Under the pieces are notes generated by a model. It worked only from the letters and a program-made list of their open reading frames with translations. It was not told the DNA's origin and made no database searches. Made by a program: the position numbers and the translations under genes. From Candidatus Harpocratesius repetitus (lineage in GTDB: Archaea; Asgardarchaeota; Lokiarchaeia; Sigyniarchaeales; Promethearchaeaceae): a stretch of 32,000 nucleotides of DNA. The stretch is from positions 2,310,001 through 2,342,000 of the forward strand of contig JAIZWK010000001.1 of assembly GCA_021498095.1 (NCBI GenBank), read 5' to 3'. Below are positions 8,429 through 17,360 of the stretch, piece by piece; the first letter of the stretch is position 1, and every line of letters starts with the position of its first letter.

Positions 8429-9514
8429 TTGAGGTGTCGAAAAATAACCGCAGAATCAAAATCGAATAATTTATCTTCGAAATTTTTTCATACTCGGGAA
8501 TTTTTTCCCATTGAAGTAAATTTTGGCGATAAAGAAATTATCAAAATAACCAAGCGCCCGCGCAAGACTACTACTGAAATTGTTGATATTTATGCAAACG
8601 GCTATCATATTGGCATGTTTGTAGGAATTGAACGGGTGGGAAATGAATTAAAATTCGGACCAACAGGATTAAATAAATCTCATATATATCGAAATATTCT
8701 CGATTATGTATTTGTTCGTTTACTAGAATATTTTGGATTGACTGGTGTGGCTCAAATTAGTATTGATGTTCCCGAAGATACTGAATTCAAGTCTTTTCTG
8801 CTGCAATTAGGATTTATTCCTAAAGATAATCAACTTATACTGGAATTGACTGAAGAAAATTTAAAAAAATTGATGAATTCTCTCGAAAAACATCCTTTTG
8901 AAATAAAATCTCAAGTTGGGCAATTCCAAAATGTAATTTCTTTTAATCTTGATGATCCTGATGAAAAAACTGTATTAAAAATGGTTGATCATATTGTAGA
9001 GAAAATTAAAAACATGGATCCTATCGGGAAAGAATTCTGGGATAACAGAAAAGTTATGCAGTTAAATTATTATTTAACTATGGCAGTATTAAATAGAAAT
9101 CAAATCATTCCCGATGAATTTCTGGAAACAAGCTTGAAAACTATTATTGCATCACTTGATACGTTTAACCGAGAAGCCTATTTGGAAGAAATATTTGTCG
9201 CTTTAGATGGTGGTAAAGCATTTGGTATGGATTATATTCAGAATATTCTTACTAAATTGCAAGAATTAGTTCCTGAAGAAATAAAAGTATTGAATAAGGA
9301 TCATCTACGTGATTGGGTCCAAAAAAACATGCCTGCTTGGATTTTAAGTGATGAAATTGAAAATAAAGCACGTGAAGAATTAAAAGCTAAATCTCGCTTG
9401 AAGTTGGAAGATTTCGGCACATCGATAAAAGATAGCATGAAAGATGTTATAACTGCCCTAATCGATCATTATAATGGAGAAAGAATCTTCTTTGGAATGA
9501 ATAATCGATTATAA
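8429..9514 (+). CDS. Hypothetical protein; N-terminal half resembles a degenerate GNAT fold, C-terminal half helical
   Basis: 361-aa ORF. HIYRNILDYVFVRLLEYFGLTGVAQISIDVPEDTEFKSFLLQLGF follows the GNAT motif A-helix/beta5/'FY.KLGF' pattern but lacks the R/QxxGxG/A loop. Confidence 0.6.
   Translation: MRCRKITAESKSNNLSSKFFHTREFFPIEVNFGDKEIIKITKRPRKTTTEIVDIYANGYHIGMFVGIERVGNELKFGPTGLNKSHIYRNILDYVFVRLLEYFGLTGVAQISIDVPEDTEFKSFLLQLGFIPKDNQLILELTEENLKKLMNSLEKHPFEIKSQVGQFQNVISFNLDDPDEKTVLKMVDHIVEKIKNMDPIGKEFWDNRKVMQLNYYLTMAVLNRNQIIPDEFLETSLKTIIASLDTFNREAYLEEIFVALDGGKAFGMDYIQNILTKLQELVPEEIKVLNKDHLRDWVQKNMPAWILSDEIENKAREELKAKSRLKLEDFGTSIKDSMKDVITALIDHYNGERIFFGMNNRL
8431..8436 (+). promoter_or_regulatory. 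Shine-Dalgarno GAGGTG
   Basis: Matches the archaeal anti-SD. It lies 7 nt upstream of an in-frame ATA at 8444 and overlaps the TTG chosen by the ORF track. Confidence 0.5.
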
Positions 9515-9554
9515 AAAAAAAAGGAAATCTATAATAAATAAAAAAGAGTAAAAT

Positions 9555-11453
9555 TTGGTGAAAATTATGGTAGAAGGATATACTCAAACTTGTGTACGCA
9601 TCAATTTAACCACGGGTGAAATTAAAAAAGAAACCTTAAGCCAAGATTTTTGCAAGCAGTACATTGGTGGCTATGGTTTTGTTACAAAAATATTATGGGA
9701 TGAATGTCCGAAAGGTGCAGATGCATTTGACCCCCGAAATCCATTTGTAATGGCAATTGGACCGTTTCCAGGAACAATTGTACCCACTTCATCCAAATAC
9801 TGTGTAGGTGCAAAATCTCCTTTAACAAGACGAATTGGATTTGCGATCAGTTCTGGATCATGTGGTGCGCAAATGCGAAGGGCAGGAATTGATTTGATTA
9901 TTCTTACTGGCAAAGCTCCTGAACCTGTCTTCATTTTCTTCGATGATGATGCTATTAACATCATACCGTGTAAGGATACCCTTTGGGGAAAAGATATCTG
10001 GACCGTTGAAGAAGAAATTCGCAATATGTATGGTGATCATCGTATTTCTGTTATGGGTATTGGTCAAGCAGGAGAAAATTTAGCAAAACTAGCTTGCATT
10101 ACTAATGATAGAGCTCGACAAGCAGGACGAACAGGATTGGGTGCAGTAATGGGCTCAAAAAATGTTAAAGCAATGGCTTTTCGAGGAACTAAATCCATTA
10201 AAGTGGCAAAACCGAAAGAATTTATGGAAAAAGCAAAAGAATTAATTCAATTAGCAAATGGAAAAGATACTTTAAAATACCGTGATTTAGGCACACCAAT
10301 AAATGTAATGAAATTTAACGATCTCGGTGTTTTACCAGTAAAAAACTTCCAAACAGGTTATTGGGATAAAGCTGATGCAATTTCTGGAGAAACTATGGAT
10401 GAAAAATGGGTTGTAAAAAAGACTGGATGCAGTCAATGCCCAATTGCTTGTGATCATTTATGTGCTACCAAACCAGATGATCCAGATTATCCAAACGTCG
10501 TTTCAAGTGTAGATTATGAAAGTATTTATGCCCTCGGTTCTGTTTGTTTAATCGATCATTTTCCAGCTATAATTAAAATGGTTGAAATGTGCGATAAGTA
10601 CGGAATTGATACCATGACCGGTGGTACCACTTTGGGATTTGCTATTGAAGCTTATGAAAAGGGATATATAACCAAAGAAATGCTCGGAGATAATCCTGTT
10701 TATAAAAATGGTCTTCAATGGGGAGATTATAAGGCAGTTGTTCAACTTATTGAAGATATATGCTTTCGATCAACTCCAGCTGGAGATCTTTTAGCTGATG
10801 GTTCACGTGATGCAGCTAAAAAGTTGGGAGGAGACGCTTGGAAATTCTCGTGTGAAATTAAAGGAATGGGTATTCCGGGCTATGAATTAAAAGGATTAAC
10901 TACTGCATCTATTGGGTTTGCTGTCTCACTGAGAGGTGCATGCCATCTTCGAAACGGGTCATATGGTTATGATATGAAAAAGAAATTCGATCGGAAAAAA
11001 TACGATGAACTTGACAAACGGGGTCAAGCTTTAGCTGGACAAGATGCCTTTATGGCGATTATTGATTCATTAGTTGTGTGTAAATTTACGCGAGGAATAT
11101 ATCACCGTGGTTTACCAGAAATTGCAGAAGTATATGAAATGGTAACTGGTATTCCCATGACTGGTGAAGAAATCGAACTTGCAGGCCATAGAATTCATGA
11201 TTTGGCAAAATGTTTCAATATTCGAGAATGTCAAGTAGAAGGAGTTGAACCTATGAGTGAAGATTCACTTCCATGGCGAAATTTCCATGAACCTAATCTC
11301 GATGGACCTACAAAAGGATGGTACAATGATGAAAAAGGATTCTGGGAAGGAATCAAGCAATATTATCTTGCCCGTGGATGGGATGAACGTGGTTATCCGA
11401 AAGAAGAAACCCTCAAAACTCGAGGCTTAGATTTTGTAATAGGAAAAATTTAG
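9555..11453 (+). CDS. aor: Tungsten-type aldehyde:ferredoxin oxidoreductase (AOR/WOR family)
   Basis: GAKSPLT, GRTGLGAVMGSKNVKA, GCSQCPIAC, DKYGIDT, KGMGIPGYE, RGACHLR, DSLVVCKF, YYLARGWDERGYPKEETL. The start is probably ATG at 9567 after GGTGA. Confidence 0.95.
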   Translation: MVKIMVEGYTQTCVRINLTTGEIKKETLSQDFCKQYIGGYGFVTKILWDECPKGADAFDPRNPFVMAIGPFPGTIVPTSSKYCVGAKSPLTRRIGFAISSGSCGAQMRRAGIDLIILTGKAPEPVFIFFDDDAINIIPCKDTLWGKDIWTVEEEIRNMYGDHRISVMGIGQAGENLAKLACITNDRARQAGRTGLGAVMGSKNVKAMAFRGTKSIKVAKPKEFMEKAKELIQLANGKDTLKYRDLGTPINVMKFNDLGVLPVKNFQTGYWDKADAISGETMDEKWVVKKTGCSQCPIACDHLCATKPDDPDYPNVVSSVDYESIYALGSVCLIDHFPAIIKMVEMCDKYGIDTMTGGTTLGFAIEAYEKGYITKEMLGDNPVYKNGLQWGDYKAVVQLIEDICFRSTPAGDLLADGSRDAAKKLGGDAWKFSCEIKGMGIPGYELKGLTTASIGFAVSLRGACHLRNGSYGYDMKKKFDRKKYDELDKRGQALAGQDAFMAIIDSLVVCKFTRGIYHRGLPEIAEVYEMVTGIPMTGEEIELAGHRIHDLAKCFNIRECQVEGVEPMSEDSLPWRNFHEPNLDGPTKGWYNDEKGFWEGIKQYYLARGWDERGYPKEETLKTRGLDFVIGKI

Positions 11454-12038
11454 GTGATGATTATGTCAATGAAAGCAAATAATACGCCCAAAACAGAAAA
11501 AAATTCAAGCATTGATACTTCTGCAATTATGCATAAAATTCTTGTTGTGGATCCTGCCCGTTGTACAGGATGCGAAATTTGTGAGTCCGTATGTGGAATG
11601 GTTCACGACGATGTTTTTAATCCAATGAATTCTCGCATCCATCGAGTCCGCATTGAACCTGTAATCAATTCCAGCATAAGCTGCGTTTCATGTTATGATC
11701 CTGATTGTGTAAAAGCTTGTCCTCTTAGTGCTATCACAAAAAATCTTGAAACAGGAATTTTAGAAGTAGATCAGAATAAATGCGATGGTTGCGGAGCTTG
11801 CATGAGAGCATGCTCTTTTGGAGCGATCACTGTGCATACGAAAAACAAAAAGGCGATCATGTGCGATATGTGTTCAAGCACGATTTATGGGGAACCTCAA
11901 TGTGTGGAATATTGTCCTAAAGGTGCGATTTTTATTGAGGAAATTGATCCGAATGTTAATGAAGATCGTTTAGAGACTTTACGAAAGATTCTTGAACGCG
12001 GTTTTCCGCAACCACCTGAAGGGGAAATTTTAAATTAA
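11454..12038 (+). CDS. 4x[4Fe-4S] electron-transfer protein (DmsB/CooF/AorA-like), probable AOR small subunit
   Basis: CTGCEICESVC, CVSCYDPDCVKACP, CDGCGACMRACSFG, CDMC...PQCVEYCP. It directly abuts the aor stop. Confidence 0.9.
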   Translation: MMIMSMKANNTPKTEKNSSIDTSAIMHKILVVDPARCTGCEICESVCGMVHDDVFNPMNSRIHRVRIEPVINSSISCVSCYDPDCVKACPLSAITKNLETGILEVDQNKCDGCGACMRACSFGAITVHTKNKKAIMCDMCSSTIYGEPQCVEYCPKGAIFIEEIDPNVNEDRLETLRKILERGFPQPPEGEILN

Positions 12039-12048
12039 GGAATATTCA

Positions 12049-12070
12049 TTTTTCTTTTCTTTCACTTTTT
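12049..12070 (+). terminator. Oligo-T tract, probable archaeal terminator of the aor operon
   Basis: TTTTTCTTTTCTTTCACTTTTT beginning about 10 nt after the stop at 12038. Confidence 0.4.
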
Positions 12071-12902
12071 AACTTTTATCTCCTACATCTAAAATGGATT
12101 TAGCACATAAATTAAGCCCGGTTTCCCACAAACGTAGCAGATAGAACTTGGCAGACCATTTTGTACGGCTCATTTTCTCCAGTTTTTTTCGAATATGTCG
12201 ACGTCGAGAATTCCACGGAACAATATTGTGAATGCGACTCCGTTCTTGTACTAAAAGATCCAGCTGTTTATGTCGCTGCCATTGATTATACAATTCTAAT
12301 CATGCGATCCAATAAAATTGTCGTCGTGTAGATTTTTGGGAACGACTCTTATGTAAAAACTGGTATTTCGTATCTCGAAAACCATTTTCAATCCTCCATC
12401 GTTCATGATAGTCCTTTGCAAACTTGATAAATTTACCGTTCAACTTCGTAGGATCTTCTCCTGGTGCAATCGAGATGGTAAAGAAGGTGACAGCATGAAT
12501 TAATTTATTCTTTTTCTTTTTCAAACGAATTTTGTGATCATAGTGTGAATAACAGAGGCGATAAAGTCGTTCTTCCTCAGTATTGCTGAATTTTTTCCGT
12601 CGTTTGGCTTTCCTGTATTTGAGTTGGCGTGGATTTTTTTTAGTCGCTTGTTGGAATTTGAAATACTTATCTTCAGCGAGTTTTAACTGCTCCCGAATAG
12701 AAAGCAATCTATTTTGGATTGAAAAAGCTTCATTTTTTATAGATTCAAATGATCTGGATTTTCCTTTTTTATATTCATCTACTAAAACAACCTGGGCCAC
12801 GGGAATTTTATAATATCCATCTCCATATGGAACATTATATTTACGGCATAAATCTCGAAGCTTCGGCGGAGAACTAATAAATTTTTCGTTCGATTTTAAA
12901 TT
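12069..12902 (-). pseudogene. IS4-superfamily transposase remnant (5'-truncated, internal TGA)
   Basis: The track ORFs 12300-12800 and 12069-12293 are one frame separated by TGA at 12302-12300 (YWIA*LELYNQW). The frame stays open upstream to 12902 with no start or N-terminal domain. It has a perfect YREK signature, Y-HE-R-WRI-E-NGFRDT-K (12410-12366). Confidence 0.8.
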
Positions 12903-12977
12903 TCATCCTAAATTTTCAAAAACTTTTAATGAAGAATTTTAATAATATTTAACGAGATGATGATTTTTAAAGATAAA

Positions 12978-14531
12978 GGATCAATTAAGAGAATCCCTAT
13001 TTTTTAAATTATTCCTAAATCATCTTTCAAAGAATTATTTTTGGCAATCTCTTTGAAATTTAGGACCAAAACGTATATATTCTTAAGCATCTATTTCAAG
13101 TCAGTTCGTAAACCGATGTTTTGGAAATGTTTAAATCGTGTCGATCATGTGTTATCCTATGGTAGGACGCCCTAAAAAGGAATATCCTCCATTATTCGAG
13201 CCATTATGCATTAATTTCGAAGATGGAAGGGAAGAAATTCTAGAAATAATACCTGTTTTGTGCCCAGAATGTCGCTCTGCTGTCGTCGGAGTATATGGCA
13301 CTCATAAACGGAAAGTAAGAAGGGTTCAATATTATAAGTGTAAAAATCCTGCATGTTCATTCGATAAAACTCACAATACTGCCCGACAATTTGCCTTGAC
13401 TACATCTGGAGGTGTCAGAGAAGTGCTTGACGGCATGCTCGGCAAGATGACAAAAGAAATCATGAAAGGAAAAATCAGCCAGAGTGCTATAGCCGAAAAA
13501 TATGGAGTTTCTGATGCTCTTATCTGCTATTTACGTTCTAAGATAGAGAAGACAATTTCAAATCTGCAGGGATTAAAAAATCTGGTTGTGGAATTAACGA
13601 ATGATACTGCGGTTGCAGAAGATGAAACTTTCATTCGAATTAACAGTGTACCGTTTTATATTATCATGTTCACGGGCTATACCAGTAATAAAATTCTCGG
13701 AATAAAGGTTTTAAAAACGAGGAACGAAAAAGACATCCGTGAAGTTTTTGACAGAGCGAATCGAAATACAAAATTGCCGATAAATGTAATTACTGCCGAT
13801 GCATGGGGTGCTACACAAACAATGAGCAAGAATTTAATGCGTAAAATTACCTTAGTAATTCATAAGCATAAAAAACCCTATGATAAGGCTGGTATTTGGC
13901 ATATTGATTATGAAAAAACGAAGCGGATAATCACTAAAATAGGTCTTAAAACCAATTTTTTTAAAAAACGGGGCAAAAGAGAGTATTTTTACTTAGTGAT
14001 GAAGAAAATTTAAGTCTACCAGTACCAAAAAAGCGGGAAAGACCAAAAGGAGTGAAGAACAAGCAAGGAAAACAAAGAAAAAATCCAAAACCAAAAATGA
14101 AGCGAGGACGGAAAGGCCTCTTTACAGTTTTTGACAGAGGAAAACGGGGATATGCGAAAATTGAACCTTCTCGTAAAACTCTAAAATTGGCAAGAAGTGT
14201 GCTTCCTGCAGTTGCAGCTGCTTTTAGGGAAACACAAGACTTATTTTGGAAAAAGTCTATATCAAATAATCTGGCGGAGAATATAAATAGTGTGATTGAG
14301 ACTCGTGTTCATTTAACTGGTCCTAAAACACCTGAGGGTTTAGAACAGCGACTTCGGGCATTTATTATCGCCAAAAATAACCCAGAAATCTTAGAAATAA
14401 CATTTGTTTCGCACAAATTTAATACAAAAATTCTTTTTAATGAATGGAATAATTCAGGAATTAAACGGTTATTTCAATTGAATGAAAATTTGGGGAAAAA
14501 AAATCAAACCCAGGTGTCAGTGAATTGATCC
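12978..14531. mobile_element. Insertion sequence, 1554 bp, DDE type, family unassigned (IS1/IS6/ISL3-like features)
   Basis: Imperfect terminal inverted repeats GGATCAATTAAGAGAATCC (12978-12996) and GGATCAATTCACTGACACC (reverse complement of 14513-14531) match at 14/19, with the first 9 perfect. The transposase stop lies inside the right TIR. No target-site duplication is visible. Confidence 0.75.
13138..14528 (+). pseudogene. DDE transposase split by a -1 frameshift between 13965 and 14010
   Basis: ORF1 has a Zn ribbon (CPEC...YKCKNPAC), an HTH (SQSAIAEKYGVS), DETF and TADAW. ORF2 has SNNLAENINS (catalytic E). The ORF2 frame is open from 13965, overlapping the end of ORF1, so one frameshift gives a ~460-aa protein. 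Confidence 0.8.
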
Positions 14532-14562
14532 TTCGTTATTAAAAATAGCCAACGAGATTAAT

Positions 14563-15265
14563 ATGATAATTATTCTTCCAAAAAAATCAAATTTATTCGT
14601 AACACTTTTAATTTGCATGTTGATGATGCAACATTCCTCAGCATTAATCGAAATACCCAGTTCTCAATCACCAAGTGCTCTTGATTTCGATAATCTTTCA
14701 CTTACCTATCATAACCGCAAACTGTATTTAAGTGTATTAAATGGAACAATCTATCCAAGTGGGCTATAAACCGAGGTTTTTTTCTACCTTAAATTTAATG
14801 AAGGATCTGGGGATCTCACATTTAATCTAACTCTGAAATTATTTGGGAACTCATCCACAGATCCGCTCTACTCCAAAACCAATATATATCGTTTCAATGC
14901 GACCTCCGGAGTTGTTTCTTATTTGGATGGTACAGAAGTTGGTGTTATGCCATTCCTCATTACCCGCGTAGAATGGGAAATGAATGATCCAGTAGTTATT
15001 TCACAATGGGGGAACCTCTCAAATAAAGCAGTATATAAAGGCTTTGAAAAATATGCTAACTGTTATAGTGAAGATAATGATCGACTTTATGATGCTTACG
15101 CTCTTGAATTTGGTTATACTGGTAATTATTACATAGGTACAGATTTACAAGACTTTTATCTCAAGTAACCAAGATTATCTCATTTTTGGAGGTGTCGGAG
15201 TAATAATTGTCGGGATAATCTTAATCAGATTAATTAAAATCAGAAGGAAGAAAAGAACTTCTTAA
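14563..15265 (+). pseudogene. Disrupted cell-surface protein (signal peptide, ~200-aa ectodomain, C-terminal TM + basic tail)
   Basis: The track ORFs 14563-14769 and 14923-15168 are the same frame, separated only by TAA at 14767. Removing one T from TTTT at 15154-15157 continues into ISSNQDYLIFGGVGVIIVGIILIRLIKIRRKKRTS*. Several N-x-S/T sequons are present. The restored length is ~233 aa. Confidence 0.75.
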
Positions 15266-15327
15266 AAAATAAAATGATCATACTAATGAACATGTTGCAG
15301 GAATTCTACTAATGGCTCGTTTTTCAT

Positions 15328-16380
15328 ATGTTTCAGTCTAAAATAGATCAAGTGAAGGTTGATTTTGTAGTAAACAGCGCGAATACAAATACTTCTTTGA
15401 ATTTAGACCGAATTAATTCATTATCTGATGTAATTTTCAATGTTCAATATTTTGGTATGACTGCCATTCCAAGCAAGAATTTTTCACAACATATTGATTT
15501 TCAAGAACGATGGTTCAATGACGTTGCAGGAAATGCTCTCGTTGAGAAACTTGTGAAAGATAAAAACGTGATTATCCCTCAGAAAATGGTTGAATTGGGT
15601 TATCTGATTGGAACAACTTTAACTGTGAAATATAGATCTACGAATTCTTCAATGGAGCAAATTACTTTAAATATAATTGGTTCATATAATGCATTTCCAT
15701 TAATCTCATCGCGTTATTCGAATAAAAATATCTTAGTTGTCGATGAAAAATGGGTAAAGAATGCAAGTATTAGTGAATTAAATGTTGTGTTCTACCCTCA
15801 ACAAGGACACTCAATTAATGAGTTAATATCCTTTCAATACACAGAATTTTTCTGGGATTTGAATTTTCCAAGAACATATATTCAAGAAATAAAACCAATT
15901 AAAGACGATGTTGAAAATATTTCCCAATCTTCCATCTTCTTTTTTCAATTGGAATTATTTTATCTTATATCGCTGGTTGTTGTTGGGATTATGATTATCA
16001 TGTCTATTTCAGTAAAAGAGAAAGCAAATGATATTGGAGTTATGCGTGCTCGGGGCGTTTCCAAAATAACTTTATACAAAATTCAATTAGTAGAAGGTTT
16101 TACTTTAATTTTATTATCTTTGGTATTTTCAATATTTGGTGGGATTTTAGTTGCATTGGGGCTTATCATTCAGTTGAATCACCTTGATTTGCTACAAATC
16201 ATAAACATGATGTATTTGAATTCACTTTTAGAGCGAACTATGGTAATACCTTGGGGGATATTGCTTATTGAGTTATTTGGTTCAATTTTACTTTTCATCA
16301 GTAATATCTTTCTCTCTGTAAGGAATGTAATCAAGAAATCAGATATCGGGAATATCGGAAATCTATTGCGTGTTCCTTAA
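15328..16380 (+). CDS. FtsX/MacB-family ABC permease, C-terminal part (probably 5'-truncated)
   Basis: FtsX signature KEKANDIGVMRARGVSKITLYKIQLVEG with four C-terminal TM segments. The ORF begins inside the extracellular domain with no N-terminal TM, and no ATPase gene is adjacent. Confidence 0.75.
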   Translation: MFQSKIDQVKVDFVVNSANTNTSLNLDRINSLSDVIFNVQYFGMTAIPSKNFSQHIDFQERWFNDVAGNALVEKLVKDKNVIIPQKMVELGYLIGTTLTVKYRSTNSSMEQITLNIIGSYNAFPLISSRYSNKNILVVDEKWVKNASISELNVVFYPQQGHSINELISFQYTEFFWDLNFPRTYIQEIKPIKDDVENISQSSIFFFQLELFYLISLVVVGIMIIMSISVKEKANDIGVMRARGVSKITLYKIQLVEGFTLILLSLVFSIFGGILVALGLIIQLNHLDLLQIINMMYLNSLLERTMVIPWGILLIELFGSILLFISNIFLSVRNVIKKSDIGNIGNLLRVP

Positions 16381-16587
16381 TATTTGTTATATTCAAGATA
16401 ATTTGCAATACTTGAAGGAATTGAGATATATCTGTTAAGGTGAGGATTATTTCTTTAAATTTCGATGTGAAAAGTTTTTAATATTTCTTTTCTTTTTTCC
16501 TTTTTATAAAAGAATATAATGTAAGGAACACTTTTTGAACAAAAATTGTACAGATCCATAATTTTATAATGATGTATTGCATATTTT

Positions 16588-17145
16588 TTGTTAATGGGCG
16601 AGAAAACTGGTTTTATTACAAGAATCAAACATTTTATTATTACCCGAAAATCAAAAGACTCAACCCAAAAAGAAAGCAATAATGTACCAAATGTAGGAAA
16701 AAATTCAGAAAATCATTTAAATAAGGCAGAAATTCAAAAAAAACTTAATGGAACCACCCTAATGGTTTACTTTGTCTTATTAAATAAGCATAATACAGGT
16801 GTACGTGAATTACAGAGAAATTTAGAATTGTCCAGCCCGAGTGTAGCACGTTATCATTTGGATAAGCTGGTGGAATTAAATTTAGTGAGTAATAATAATG
16901 GAGTATATCAACTTCAACATAAAGCAGATATTCCAGTTTTATCCACTTGGGTTCTTTTAGGTAGGTGGTTACTCCCTCGATCGATATTCATGGCTATTTT
17001 TACTACTTGTTTTTTCATCGGCTATCTTGGGTTTATTTTTTTTACATGGAATAGAGATAGTGCGATAGTAATCATCTTTGGAATTGTAATTCTTATTTAT
17101 TTGTGGTATGATGTTTTTTATCATCTAAATCATCGACCAATCTAA
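16588..17145 (+). CDS. Membrane-anchored winged-helix (ArsR-like) transcriptional regulator
   Basis: GTTLMVYFVLL...GVRELQRNLELSSPSVARYHLDKLVELNLV...GVYQL wHTH followed by two hydrophobic helices (SIFMAIFTTCFFIGYLGFIFF; AIVIIFGIVILIYLWYDVFY). The start is probably ATG at 16594. Confidence 0.85.
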   Translation: MLMGEKTGFITRIKHFIITRKSKDSTQKESNNVPNVGKNSENHLNKAEIQKKLNGTTLMVYFVLLNKHNTGVRELQRNLELSSPSVARYHLDKLVELNLVSNNNGVYQLQHKADIPVLSTWVLLGRWLLPRSIFMAIFTTCFFIGYLGFIFFTWNRDSAIVIIFGIVILIYLWYDVFYHLNHRPI

Positions 17146-17360
17146 CATTTGGATTCATTTTTTAAAGTATTTTATAAAAATATATTATAATCATCGTGTT
17201 TTAAATTGTAACATGCTAATTTCCTATTTTTTGACAAATTAACCGATTTTCCTTTACTGTTCTATGATTTTGATTTGTGCATGAAATGTGTTCTAAACCT
17301 TAGGATAAAATTGTAATGACTCATATTTTTAATAACGATTAATTTTGGTGTTAAATAAAA

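Noticed and set aside
12300-12302. In-frame TGA in the IS4-like transposase as selenocysteine or recoding
   Set aside because: The position is not a catalytic Cys site, the gene is also 5'-truncated, and TGA ends normal genes here (hdrA). A nonsense mutation is simpler.
13950-14013. Programmed -1 frameshift in the DDE transposase
   Set aside because: No correctly phased X XXY YYZ heptamer lies downstream of the -1-frame TAA at 13962. A one-base deletion or a sequencing error is more likely, though not proven.
12960-14545. Target-site duplication around the IS
   Set aside because: The flanks (AAGATAAA versus TTCGTTAT) do not match for either TIR boundary.
14767-14769. In-frame TAA as evidence of an alternative genetic code
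   Set aside because: Most intact genes in the window end in TAA at their expected C-termini.
17146-17360. AAATTGTAA repeated at 17203 and 17308 as the operator of the wHTH regulator
   Set aside because: It is too AT-rich to be distinguished from background without comparative data.
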